Origin: an uncultured Spirochaetota bacterium
GTDB taxonomy: Bacteria > Spirochaetota > Spirochaetia > SZUA-6 > Fen-1364
Direction: 5' to 3'
Assembly: GCA_963745235.1 (NCBI GenBank)
Contig: CAVUXE010000082.1
Span: forward strand, 1 to 10,593
DNA: 10,593 nucleotides
Position 1 is the stretch's first letter. Each line of letters starts with the position of its first letter. The notes under the pieces are model-generated. The model worked only from the letters and a program-made list of their open reading frames with translations. It was not told the DNA's origin and ran no database searches. Below are positions 1 to 7,638 of this stretch, piece by piece. The position numbers and the translations under genes were made by a program.

Positions 1-87
1 GTTGCACCGCTTGCCTTCACAGCGACGTTGGCGCTGTCGTTCCTGGTCCTGCGCCGCATCCCCGGGCTCCGCGCTGTGCTGAAGTAG
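1..87 (+). CDS. 3' end of a membrane protein gene (partial), possibly acyltransferase-3 family
   Basis: Frame 1 reads VAPLAFTATLALSFLVLRRIPGLRAVLK-stop: a hydrophobic helix then LRRIPGL, a C-terminus commonly seen in acyltransferase-3 proteins. Only 28 codons are visible. Confidence 0.5.
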   Translation, partial: VAPLAFTATLALSFLVLRRIPGLRAVLK

Positions 88-161
88 TCCGGCAGATTTT
101 CATTGAGTGAAACGCCCCTCACTGATACCTCCTTATGACCAGAACTTCCTGGGAGGGAAAA

Positions 162-443
162 GTGTGGGGCGTCAATCACGAGCAGGACTACATCTTCACC
201 TATCATTCGCCGGCTGACCGTGTGCAGTCGGGCCATCCGTTGCGCATCATCAAGGAAATGGCAAATCGTGGTTTGAAGGAACTGTCAGCAGAATTCACCA
301 AATTGTACTCGCCGATAGGCCGCGCCTCGATTCATCCGGAAAACCTCATTCGAGCCTTGTTACTCCAAGTGTTGTACTCCATCCGCAGCGAACGGCTTCT
401 GATGGAAGAACTGAACTACGACTTGTTATTTCGCTGGTACTGA
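162..443 (+). pseudogene. Truncated IS5/IS1182-like transposase, N-terminal DUF772 region only
   Basis: Motifs HPLRII, LYSPIGRASIHPENLIRALLLQVLYSIRSERLLMEELNYDLLFRW match this transposase N-terminus. Likely start is GTG 162 after GGGAGG. It stops right after FRW, with no DDE domain. Confidence 0.85.
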
Positions 444-458
444 CTATGGAGTGTTCAA

Positions 459-1310
459 ATGACAGTAGGAATTGACGTCGGTAGCACAACCACAAAAGCG
501 GTGGCCATTCTTCCAAGCGGAGTGCTGCTGAAGGCGACAATGAGGGCTACTGACCCATTGACCGCGGCCAGCGGTAGCTTGGGCAGGCTCACAGCCGAGA
601 GTGCCTTGAAGATCAAAGACATCGAGCGGATCTCAATCACCGGTGTCGGATCTTCCAGAATCGAGAAGAACATCTTTGACATACCAACTGCTCGAGTGGA
701 CGAGGTTTCTGCCATAGGCAACGGAGGTGTCTATCTGTCTGCATCGAACGAGGTAATCATCACGAACATTGGGACAGGCACCGCAATAGTCGAGGCTCGA
801 AACGGCGTGATGACACATCTGGGCGGCACCGGGATCGGGGGAGGAACCGTAATCGGTCTGTCCAAGGCGCTGCTGGGCACCGTCGACTTCCGCTATGTCA
901 CGGAACTGGCGTCTAACGGCGACACCACAAAGGTAGATCTGTTGATAGGGGACATCCTTGGGACAGACATGGGTTTTCTCACTAGAAAGATCACCGCATG
1001 CAATTTCGGCAAGATGGATGATTCAATCCGTAGGGAGGACCTGGCGGCCGGAGTCCTTAATATGGTATACCAAGCTATTGGTGTGCTGTCGGTCTTTGCC
1101 GCACGCTGCCAACGGCGAGACATGGTGCTATTTACCGGCAAAGGAAGCACGAGTGCGCTTGGGAGGACTATCCTGGCCGAGGTGGCTGCAATCTATCACA
1201 CGGAGTTCGTATTCCCGTCGGACGCTGAATTCTCCACTGCAATCGGCGCAGCCTTGTCTATCGGCGCGTCGCCGGTTGGGCCGGAAAGCCGGGATCTGAC
1301 AAGTCGTTGA
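459..1310 (+). CDS. coaW: Type II pantothenate kinase (Fumble/CoaW-like, ASKHA fold)
   Basis: GIDVGSTTTK phosphate-1 motif, ITGVG, VDE, NIGTGT, HLGGTGIGGGT..GL, GD..KVDL.I.DI and TACNFGK. GGAG RBS at 448-451. 283 aa. Confidence 0.8.
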   Translation: MTVGIDVGSTTTKAVAILPSGVLLKATMRATDPLTAASGSLGRLTAESALKIKDIERISITGVGSSRIEKNIFDIPTARVDEVSAIGNGGVYLSASNEVIITNIGTGTAIVEARNGVMTHLGGTGIGGGTVIGLSKALLGTVDFRYVTELASNGDTTKVDLLIGDILGTDMGFLTRKITACNFGKMDDSIRREDLAAGVLNMVYQAIGVLSVFAARCQRRDMVLFTGKGSTSALGRTILAEVAAIYHTEFVFPSDAEFSTAIGAALSIGASPVGPESRDLTSR

Positions 1311-1367
1311 AGCTGACCCCTTAACGTCCGGTCTTCTAGTGGGACAGTGGAATTGTAAACGCGGCTG

Positions 1368-1541
1368 CTACGTGGCTTCGTGCCGGCGGGGCGGCTTAAT
1401 AATTACTCCAAAACGTGCTGGCATTCCGACTTGTTTGAGCAGGAAGCTAATTTCTGATCCAGTCAGGCCTCCATAGGACTCAGCGAGGATTTTGGCGATG
1501 GACGTGAGTTGTTGCTCGTTGAAAGGCGGAACGTTTTCCAT
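1368..1541 (-). pseudogene. N-terminal fragment of a TIGR02391-like protein (57-aa ORF, not in the supplied track)
   Basis: MENVPPFNEQQLTSIAKILAESYGGLTGSEISFLLKQVGMP resembles the TIGR02391 N-terminus (PPF...L..I.K.LA....GLTGSEI..LL). Strong GGAGGT RBS overlaps the recombinase stop. Resemblance ends near 1419. Confidence 0.6.
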
Positions 1542-1547
1542 GGCGAG

Positions 1548-2388
1548 TCACCTCCCCCCAAAGAGCTCCTCGTCGCTAAAGGCGTCGTGCACATAATACC
1601 GTAGCGTTGTCGCTTCGTCGCTATGCCCAAGGAGCCTTGAGACCGCCTTTATGCGATGCGTGTTCGCCAGCAGATCTGTCGCCCGCGAGTGGCGAAGCAC
1701 GTGCGCCGAGATTCTCCTTCCCAGGACCCGCCTGGCCGCCCGTGCGATCTCCCTCGATACATACTCCCGCCTGAAGTGCTTCTTGTGGCTACTCTCAAAC
1801 AAGTACGTCCCCCTGGGGTAGACCTCGAGGATCCGTTTGTAAAGCTCCGCGGGAATCCGCGCAGTGCGTTCCTTGCCGCCCTTGCCGTAGAGCCTGAGCT
1901 CCACGGTGCCGTTGGCGCCGTTCACCTTTATCTGGTCGCGCCTCACCCCCAGGACCTCCGAGACGCGGGCGCCGGTGACGTAGAGCGTCTCGGCAACCAG
2001 GCGCATTCGTAGGGGCAGCGCGGCAAGGAGCGTCGAACGCTCAGCGGGTGAGACCACCGCGACCTCCGGCGGTCCTTTCTTCACTGAGGGGATGTCGGCC
2101 AGGGCTCCGCGGATGAGAGAGATCTCTTTCGCGGGCATGCCCAGGCGCTCGGCGGCCTGGAGGAAAGCTTTTCTGCCCGGCGGCCAGGGCCTGGTTGACG
2201 GTGCTCGCGGCCCGAGTCCGGCGCAGTTCGTGGATGTACTGGGCGAAACCTTCCACGGTCACCGCTTGGCCGCTTTCCAGAAACGCTTCCAGCGCGTGCC
2301 GGTAGGCCTGAGTGGTGAGTTCTCCGCGCGCCTTGACCTGGAGGATGGCCTGGGCGAGGTTGGGCCGCGTAGCGGGCGTTGTGGCCAT
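1548..2388 (-). pseudogene. XerC/D-like tyrosine recombinase split by a 1-nt frameshift (279 aa if repaired)
   Basis: ORF 2041-2388 gives an N-terminal core-binding-like region (T.QAY..AL..F...ASTVNQALAA). Removing one base near 2176-2178 joins it via GRKAFLQAAERLG to ORF 1548-2138, which has intact TGARVSE, GKGGK, HVLRHS, LLGHS and TLRYY catalytic motifs. Confidence 0.85.
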
Positions 2389-2400
2389 TTCTGGGTGAGA

Positions 2401-2428
2401 ATATCACATAAAATGCCTTATGTGTACT
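2401..2428 (-). promoter_or_regulatory. dif-like recombination site (11-6-11) overlapping the recombinase promoter
   Basis: Minus strand AGTACACATAA-GGCATT-TTATGTGATAT, with a CACATAA/TTATGTG inverted repeat around a 6-bp spacer, 12 nt upstream of the recombinase ATG. Confidence 0.7.
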
Positions 2429-2502
2429 ATGCAGACAAGCTATGTAAAATTGGATTCAACACCTCATAGATGGGCAGCCCAACAGGGGAAAAATCGATGT
2501 TC

Positions 2503-2703
2503 TCATGTCGTGAGCGAAATGAAAGTTTGGCTTCCTCTCTGCTCGTAGCGTATCTTTCTGTCCCGCGCGAGCCACCCGAGGGCCTGATAGGCGATGACAC
2601 TTCTTTCCCCGAGCTCCTCTGAGACACGCAGGATGTTTATTTCATGCGCGTACTCCAAGAGAGTGAAGATTCTCTTGGCGCACTCAGCGATTCTCTCCTC
2701 CAT
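2503..2703 (-). CDS. Small winged-helix protein, DUF2582 family
   Basis: 66 aa with I...A..I...L and the ALGWLAR.. motif typical of DUF2582. AAGGA RBS upstream. Confidence 0.8.
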   Translation of the reverse strand: MEERIAECAKRIFTLLEYAHEINILRVSEELGERSVIAYQALGWLARDRKIRYEQRGSQTFISLTT

Positions 2704-2969
2704 GAGGCGTTCCTTCGCATCGTTCGTGGACGTGGATCATGATGGATCCTTATCGCGGCCAGCAGATATCATTGGCGAGATGATTTTCCCATCGAATCTT
2801 CAGCGTGAAGCGGGTCGAAGGAATTCTACAGACGCGAGCGATCGCAGGAGGGCAGGGGGTGTCAGGACACCACCTGCCAAGACGGGGAATTCTGAATTGT
2901 CGCCCATTGCTCGAAATACCCCACCTCCTAAAGAGGAGGGAACAAAGAAGAAAAAAGAGGGGCGGGGCT

Positions 2970-3146
2970 TAGGGTATAACCGGTAGGCCCGGCCTCGTAG
3001 CACGCTGTCCACTCGCCCCCCTCGTTAAGTTTCTTTACGAGCCGTCGAATGCTCTCCTCCCGATTGGGAGTTGTCCCCACCGAGCGCATTGCCGCCTCTT
3101 CGGCAATCGCCACCGAGATTGTGTCCGCGTGGACATCCAGCCTAAA
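2970..3146 (-). pseudogene. IS110-family transposase N-terminal (DEDD) fragment
   Basis: Reads LDVHADTISVAIAE...RSVGTTPNREESIRRLVKKL...ACYEAGPTGYTL, containing the GLDVH-like and CYEAGPTGY motifs. The start and the rest of the gene are missing. Confidence 0.85.
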
Positions 3147-3162
3147 GAAGAAAGACTTTGAA

Positions 3163-3196
3163 CGGCCCCTCCCGCGAAAAGCTGCGGGAGGGGCCG
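3163..3196. terminator. GC-rich hairpin, probable intrinsic terminator of the OmpA-domain gene
   Basis: Perfect 13-bp stem CGGCCCCTCCCGC/GCGGGAGGGGCCG with an 8-nt loop, 3 nt after the TAA at 3200. The U-tract is weak on the minus strand; CTTTT follows on the plus strand. Confidence 0.7.
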
Positions 3197-3199
3197 CTT

Positions 3200-5029
3200 T
3201 TACCTCTCCACGAAGAAAGCGACCCGGCGGTTCTGCCAGCGGTCGGCAAGGTCACTGTCTGGCACAATCTGATCCGAGGCGCCGACCCCCTCCGTGGTGA
3301 ACATGGAGGCGTCCAGACCCCTATCGACCATGGCCTTCTTCACCGCCTCTGCTCGGGCTTCTGACAGCGGGAGCAGCACGTACTTCTGCTCGAGCGCGCC
3401 GAGACGTTTGTTGTTCCAGTGGATCATCACAGCATGCCCTTCGAGCTTGATCCTATAGTTGGGGAACTTCTTCAGCTTTGCGGCCATGTCATCCAGGCGC
3501 TGTATGTTCTGTGCGGCCAGATCCGGCTTAACGTCCTGATAGTCGGCAGTGTACGCCTTGAAGAAGATACGCGAGCTCAGGATACGAAGTCCCTCATCCG
3601 TCTTCTCCACGAGAATATCCACGGGTACAGCTGCTTTCAGCTCCCCGGTGTTTCCAAACTCATCCAGCACCTTCGCGACAACCGGATAGTTCTCCGCTGA
3701 CTGCACCATGTCTCCGTTGGTTCCCTTCCCGTCCCAGACCACCTGATTGTCGGGCCACTTGGCGCCGAAACTCTTGAAAAGATGATCTTCGGGATCGTTG
3801 ATATCCATGGTCCAGCTTTCGATTTTCGCGACATTCGAGGTGGCGTTGACTGTCAACGTGATCGTCGGCGAGCCTTCGATAGGAGAGAACAGCGGGTCCG
3901 ACAGCACGATGGTCCCCGATGGAGGAGTAATGTCCAGGACGAATGCGCTGCTCGTCGTGCTTCCCGGCAGATACGCACTGCCGTAGTCCACCGACAGCTT
4001 TGCCGTATAGCTGCCTTCGGCGGCCATCCCGCCTGAGTCGGTCTTGCCATCCCAGCTCACAGTATCCGGAGTATTCGAGCCGTCCCCCGTGAACACTTTC
4101 TGATTCGCGCCGCCGGAATCCTGGATCTCCAGCTTCCAGGACTGCACGGCGTCGTTCTTTGCATAGGAAACAGCCAGCACCTCGGTCTGCACAGTGCCAC
4201 TGGGCGCAAACCCGGGCGTCTGCGGCACTACCGATAACGTGCCAGGGGCTGCCTGCAGCGGCGCCGGTGCGGGTGCAGGCGGGGGTGCGGGTAGGTTGGC
4301 CACCGCAATTGCCGAGGTGACCTGTGCCGCAAGGCCAAACTCATCTCTCAAAGTGGCATTCGCCGTATAGGAAGCCCCCGGAGTAACCATGGCGCCGCTG
4401 GAGGACTTGCCGTCCCACTGGGTATCGGTGCTTGGCCACTTGCCGTCAAAGTTGCGGAACACCTTCCCGTCAGGATCCATGATGTTCAGCGACCAGCTGT
4501 CCATCTTTGCAACCGCAGAAGTACCCTTTATCTGGATGGTCACGGGTTGAACCGCACCTTGGCCATCTGGAGTGAACTGCTGCGGTTCGAAAGTCATGCT
4601 GCCCGTCGGAGGCGAAATATCGAGAACGAATGAGCCGCTTTCTACTGCCGCGGGAGGAACGGAGGTCCCGTAATCAACGGTCAATTTGGCGGTGTAGCTC
4701 CCCTCAGGCGCCAGAGAGCCGGAATCACTTTTTCCGTCCCAGCTCAGTGTTGAAGGAAAGTTCTTCGCGTCTCCGCTCCACTGTTTCTGCGTTCCAGAGC
4801 CGCTCACCATCTCCACCTTCCAGCTCTTGATGGCGTCTCTTGAAGCAAAGACGAGGGAGAAGTCTATCGTCTGGAACTGCTTATCACCGTTGGGCGCCAG
4901 ACCCGCCTGCTCGGTCTGGATGGAGTTGCCTGCCGTGTTCGGCTTTGCCGTTTGGCAGCCCAAAAGAGCAACGGCGAGAAAAATCGCCACCGCCCCAACA
5001 CCAGCCATGCTCAAAAGTTCTTTTTTCAT
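3200..5029 (-). CDS. Lipoprotein with four FlgD-Ig-like (WDGK) repeats and a C-terminal OmpA-like domain (609 aa)
   Basis: True start is ATG 5029 with AAGGAGG RBS. MKK signal peptide with LLGC lipobox, four WDGK...G modules, a Pro/Ala linker, and OmpA motifs EGHA, LSEARAEAV and NRRV. The architecture is familiar from spirochaetes. Confidence 0.88.
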   Translation of the reverse strand: MKKELLSMAGVGAVAIFLAVALLGCQTAKPNTAGNSIQTEQAGLAPNGDKQFQTIDFSLVFASRDAIKSWKVEMVSGSGTQKQWSGDAKNFPSTLSWDGKSDSGSLAPEGSYTAKLTVDYGTSVPPAAVESGSFVLDISPPTGSMTFEPQQFTPDGQGAVQPVTIQIKGTSAVAKMDSWSLNIMDPDGKVFRNFDGKWPSTDTQWDGKSSSGAMVTPGASYTANATLRDEFGLAAQVTSAIAVANLPAPPPAPAPAPLQAAPGTLSVVPQTPGFAPSGTVQTEVLAVSYAKNDAVQSWKLEIQDSGGANQKVFTGDGSNTPDTVSWDGKTDSGGMAAEGSYTAKLSVDYGSAYLPGSTTSSAFVLDITPPSGTIVLSDPLFSPIEGSPTITLTVNATSNVAKIESWTMDINDPEDHLFKSFGAKWPDNQVVWDGKGTNGDMVQSAENYPVVAKVLDEFGNTGELKAAVPVDILVEKTDEGLRILSSRIFFKAYTADYQDVKPDLAAQNIQRLDDMAAKLKKFPNYRIKLEGHAVMIHWNNKRLGALEQKYVLLPLSEARAEAVKKAMVDRGLDASMFTTEGVGASDQIVPDSDLADRWQNRRVAFFVER

Positions 5030-5256
5030 GAGTCCCTCCTTTGATGACTTTCGACCGGGAGGCGCGTATGGCTTCCCCGATTGCCCTTTTTCTGGCATGG
5101 ATCTTGTTATCCTACGAGAGCCTGATAGGTGGAGAAGAGAATCGCTGAATGCGTCAAAGGAAACTGAGTGCTCACTGAGGTGGCTCGGAGATGACCAGCC
5201 GAAACCCGCGAAAGGCGGAAAAGGTCGGTCAGCCGCTGAATGTGCTTTCCTCTTCA

Positions 5257-5312
5257 AGAGTGCCAATATATCATGGGCCGGCTCCCGCGAAATATAATTG
5301 TTTTGGCACTCT
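5257..5312. promoter_or_regulatory. 10-bp perfect inverted repeat with a 36-nt spacer upstream of the OmpA-domain gene
   Basis: AGAGTGCCAA (5257-5266) and TTGGCACTCT (5303-5312). The spacer contains a possible minus-strand TG-n-TATATT extended -10. Confidence 0.4.
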
Positions 5313-5610
5313 GTTATGGTCGGGAGAGGTTTCGGGTGCGTGGACGATGAAACCTACCGGTTGCTATTTGGTGTGTGGAACTTTTTTAGTGTAACAGGCG
5401 CCAATTCCCGTACCACGGATCAGGCCAACCGGCTTACCTGGGTCGCGCACAACCTCGAGTTGCGCTGCGGATCGAGTGGGCAACATTCTGCGAACGGGTT
5501 GTGTTTCTCGATAACCGGTCGTGGCGAAGAGCTGGACGCTCCGCTGCCACGGTAGGCGAAAGCGAATCCAGCCTTGCCACGTCGATGCCCTTCCGACGCG
5601 AGGGGAGAGG

Positions 5611-5883
5611 CTACGTCGAACGCACGAAGAGCAACGTGCCTATGAGTATTGAGCCGTCTGGTTGAAACTTCTGCTGCTCGATCAGTTCCCTCGACTTCGT
5701 CTCAATCTCGCTGCGGTGTCTCAGGAAAGCGTGCAGTGTACCTTCTCTCTCAGCGTTGAAGTGATCGTCCAATGCCTCACGTGAGATCTTACACGGGACT
5801 GGGCGACCGTCCACAATTGCCGGGAAGTCGACACCGCCGTTATCAAAGGTCAACTGTTGCTCTCGGGGGAATGAAATCTGCAT
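5611..5883 (-). CDS. DUF1488 family protein (90 aa)
   Basis: ATG 5883 with GGAGG RBS. V.FPA.VDG..V.C.ISREALDDHF and AF..HR..IE motifs. Perfect TATAAT on the minus strand at 5945-5950. Confidence 0.82.
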   Translation of the reverse strand: MQISFPREQQLTFDNGGVDFPAIVDGRPVPCKISREALDDHFNAEREGTLHAFLRHRSEIETKSRELIEQQKFQPDGSILIGTLLFVRST

Positions 5884-6074
5884 TTGCGCCTCCGAACCTT
5901 TGCGCGGTGGACCTACAATCGATCCGCGCAGGGCCTGCCGAGTGATTATATCCCCCACTTGTCCAATCGTTATCGCTCGATCTCGGGACCGCCACGCCCC
6001 CCGGCCAGTTCGCCTCGTCCCCCATCCCGCTCCCACTGCTTCTCCGCGAGTTCGTACGGCTCTGCCATACTCTT

Positions 6075-6575
6075 CTAGGGAATCAGAAACACGTTGCGAA
6101 CGTCCTTGAGAATCGTTACCTTGCCCAGTTCATAACCGAACAATCTGAAGTAAAACGGCCAGTGAAGCCTGGTTGCGAGGGCCATGAGCACAATCACGGC
6201 GAGAAGGATGTACGGCAATTTGTCCCCCACGATCTCCAGGTAGTAGCCCAAGAGCGCAAAGAGTCCGGATCTCACTCGACGACGGGGGAAGCGCTCATCA
6301 AACCTGCCCGTCAGCTCCTTCACGTTGGCCTCCAGCAACGAAACGCCTCTCTGCACCTCGGCGATTCCTCGCTCCTCCGGGCTAAGCGGAAAACCACCAG
6401 GGTGGTGCTCTCTAGAACCCGATCTCTGGACCGTCGCGATCCTTTCCGCGATCTCGCTCTTGATCCTTGATTCCATGCCCCTTAGCTGCTCCTCGAGCTC
6501 TTCCCGGACTGCGCTCCTGGTCCTCTCCATGCTCGTGCGATCCTCTTCCCGCCTCAATTCCTCTTCCAAGCTCAT
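6075..6575 (-). CDS. Coiled-coil protein with C-terminal hydrophobic segments, putative MobB-like mobilization accessory protein
   Basis: 166 aa. E/R-rich helical N-terminus and LPYILLAVIVLMALA transmembrane-like segment. Starts inside the relaxase 3' end in another frame, after a purine-rich AAGGGGGTAGAGG. Confidence 0.6.
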   Translation of the reverse strand: MSLEEELRREEDRTSMERTRSAVREELEEQLRGMESRIKSEIAERIATVQRSGSREHHPGGFPLSPEERGIAEVQRGVSLLEANVKELTGRFDERFPRRRVRSGLFALLGYYLEIVGDKLPYILLAVIVLMALATRLHWPFYFRLFGYELGKVTILKDVRNVFLIP

Positions 6576-7530
6576 CCTCTACCCCCTTGGACTTGGCAAG
6601 CTCTATCTGTTTATCCAGTGTCTCCTGGATCCCTCGATGCTGCTCCATGATCTTGGAAACCCCGCTGGCCATCGCCCCCACTTCCTGCTCCCACCGTCCC
6701 GCCGCAAGCGCCTGCCGATCTTCCATCTTGAAGCTCTCGATTCCTCTGGCTTCCATCTCCTTGATCGCCCTGCCCTTGTGCACCCCAGGGACATGGTTTA
6801 GCTCGCGCGCTCGGCTGAGGTCTCCCCGCTCGAGGGCTTCCCCGAGCTGCACTGCGTTTCGCCTGTTGTCGATATGGATGTCTTTGTGTCCCGCAAGCTG
6901 CAAGGCGTTGTTGCATGCTTTCTCCCACGCGGGGTGAGCATCCCTGACCAGGTCGCGGCTGTGCCACTCAAGGCTTGCTGTCTTCTTCTTTGCGAACCCT
7001 TCCGGTGTAATGTCTCGGTCAGTCGTTAAAACATGAGCGTGAAGATTTCGCGAGTCGTTCTTCTCGTTTGGCTCGTGGATCACGTACTGCGCCACCATGC
7101 CCTTCTCCACCAGGTAGTCCTTGAGGAATCCTCGCACCAGGTGCTCCGCCTCCTGCCTGTTAAGCTCGCAGGGGATGGGGAGCATCCAGTCGCGCCCCGT
7201 GATGGCGTTGGACTTCCCTCCTGCGTGCTCGGCGTCGTTCCAAAGCCGAGCGGTGCACTCGCGGTACAGCTTCTTGTCGCTGGGGTCAACGTCCTTGAGG
7301 TATTCGGGTGCGTTCTCGGGGGCCAGGATGCCCCGCGCGATGACCTCCTCCTCCCCGCGCTCTGCGAACTTGTACTCGTGGGCCTCAAGGAATCTATCCG
7401 CTTCAAGGTGCAAGTCCATGCGGTTGTGGTAAGCTGCTATTCCCACGGTGGTCATGGGCCTGTGGGTCTTGCCAATTGAGCGTGAGCGCTGGATGGCCCG
7501 AACGCTTGGATGGAGGGACTTGGTTTTCAT
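6412..7530 (-). CDS. mobA: MobA/MobL family (MOBQ) relaxase
   Basis: IQRSR...AAY (catalytic Tyr motif), RDWMLPIPCEL, IHE...NLHAHVLTTDR (3-His motif), GFAKK, W...NNAL..AG...IDNR, PGVHKG and a charged QERDRG tail. AAGGAG RBS. Confidence 0.9.
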   Translation of the reverse strand: MKTKSLHPSVRAIQRSRSIGKTHRPMTTVGIAAYHNRMDLHLEADRFLEAHEYKFAERGEEEVIARGILAPENAPEYLKDVDPSDKKLYRECTARLWNDAEHAGGKSNAITGRDWMLPIPCELNRQEAEHLVRGFLKDYLVEKGMVAQYVIHEPNEKNDSRNLHAHVLTTDRDITPEGFAKKKTASLEWHSRDLVRDAHPAWEKACNNALQLAGHKDIHIDNRRNAVQLGEALERGDLSRARELNHVPGVHKGRAIKEMEARGIESFKMEDRQALAAGRWEQEVGAMASGVSKIMEQHRGIQETLDKQIELAKSKGVEDELGRGIEAGRGSHEHGEDQERSPGRARGAAKGHGIKDQERDRGKDRDGPEIGF

Positions 7531-7609
7531 GGACTTTCTCCTTCTTCTCTGATAGCTTATGAGCCACGCGGCCGAAGAGGCCAGCGTGGGGCATAAGCGC
7601 CATGGGGTA

Positions 7610-7632
7610 TTAGGGGGCCAGTGGCCCCCTAA
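7610..7632. repeat. Perfect 11-bp inverted repeat upstream of mobA
   Basis: TTAGGGGGCCA-G-TGGCCCCCTAA. Confidence 0.7.
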
Positions 7633-7638
7633 CGCATG

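Noticed and set aside
72-92. GTGCTGAAGTAGTCC as the left inverted repeat of the IS5-like element
   Set aside because: It is only loosely reminiscent of such ends, and no matching right repeat or target duplication is present in the window.
5193-5230. GCCGAAACCCGCGAAAGGCGG, resembling part of a c-di-GMP-I riboswitch
   Set aside because: It lacks the GGCAAAC/GACGCAAAG pairing elements and the second stem, and it is on the strand opposite the adjacent gene.
5030-5266. 79-codon N-terminal extension of the OmpA-domain ORF
   Set aside because: The strong AAGGAGG RBS and lipoprotein signal peptide start at ATG 5029. The extension is not protein-like.
5257-5320. TTGGCAC as a sigma54 -24 box on either strand
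   Set aside because: Neither copy has TTGC at the -12 position.
5884-6036. N-terminal extension of the DUF1488 ORF
   Set aside because: A GGAGG RBS precedes ATG 5883 and a TATAAT lies inside the extension.
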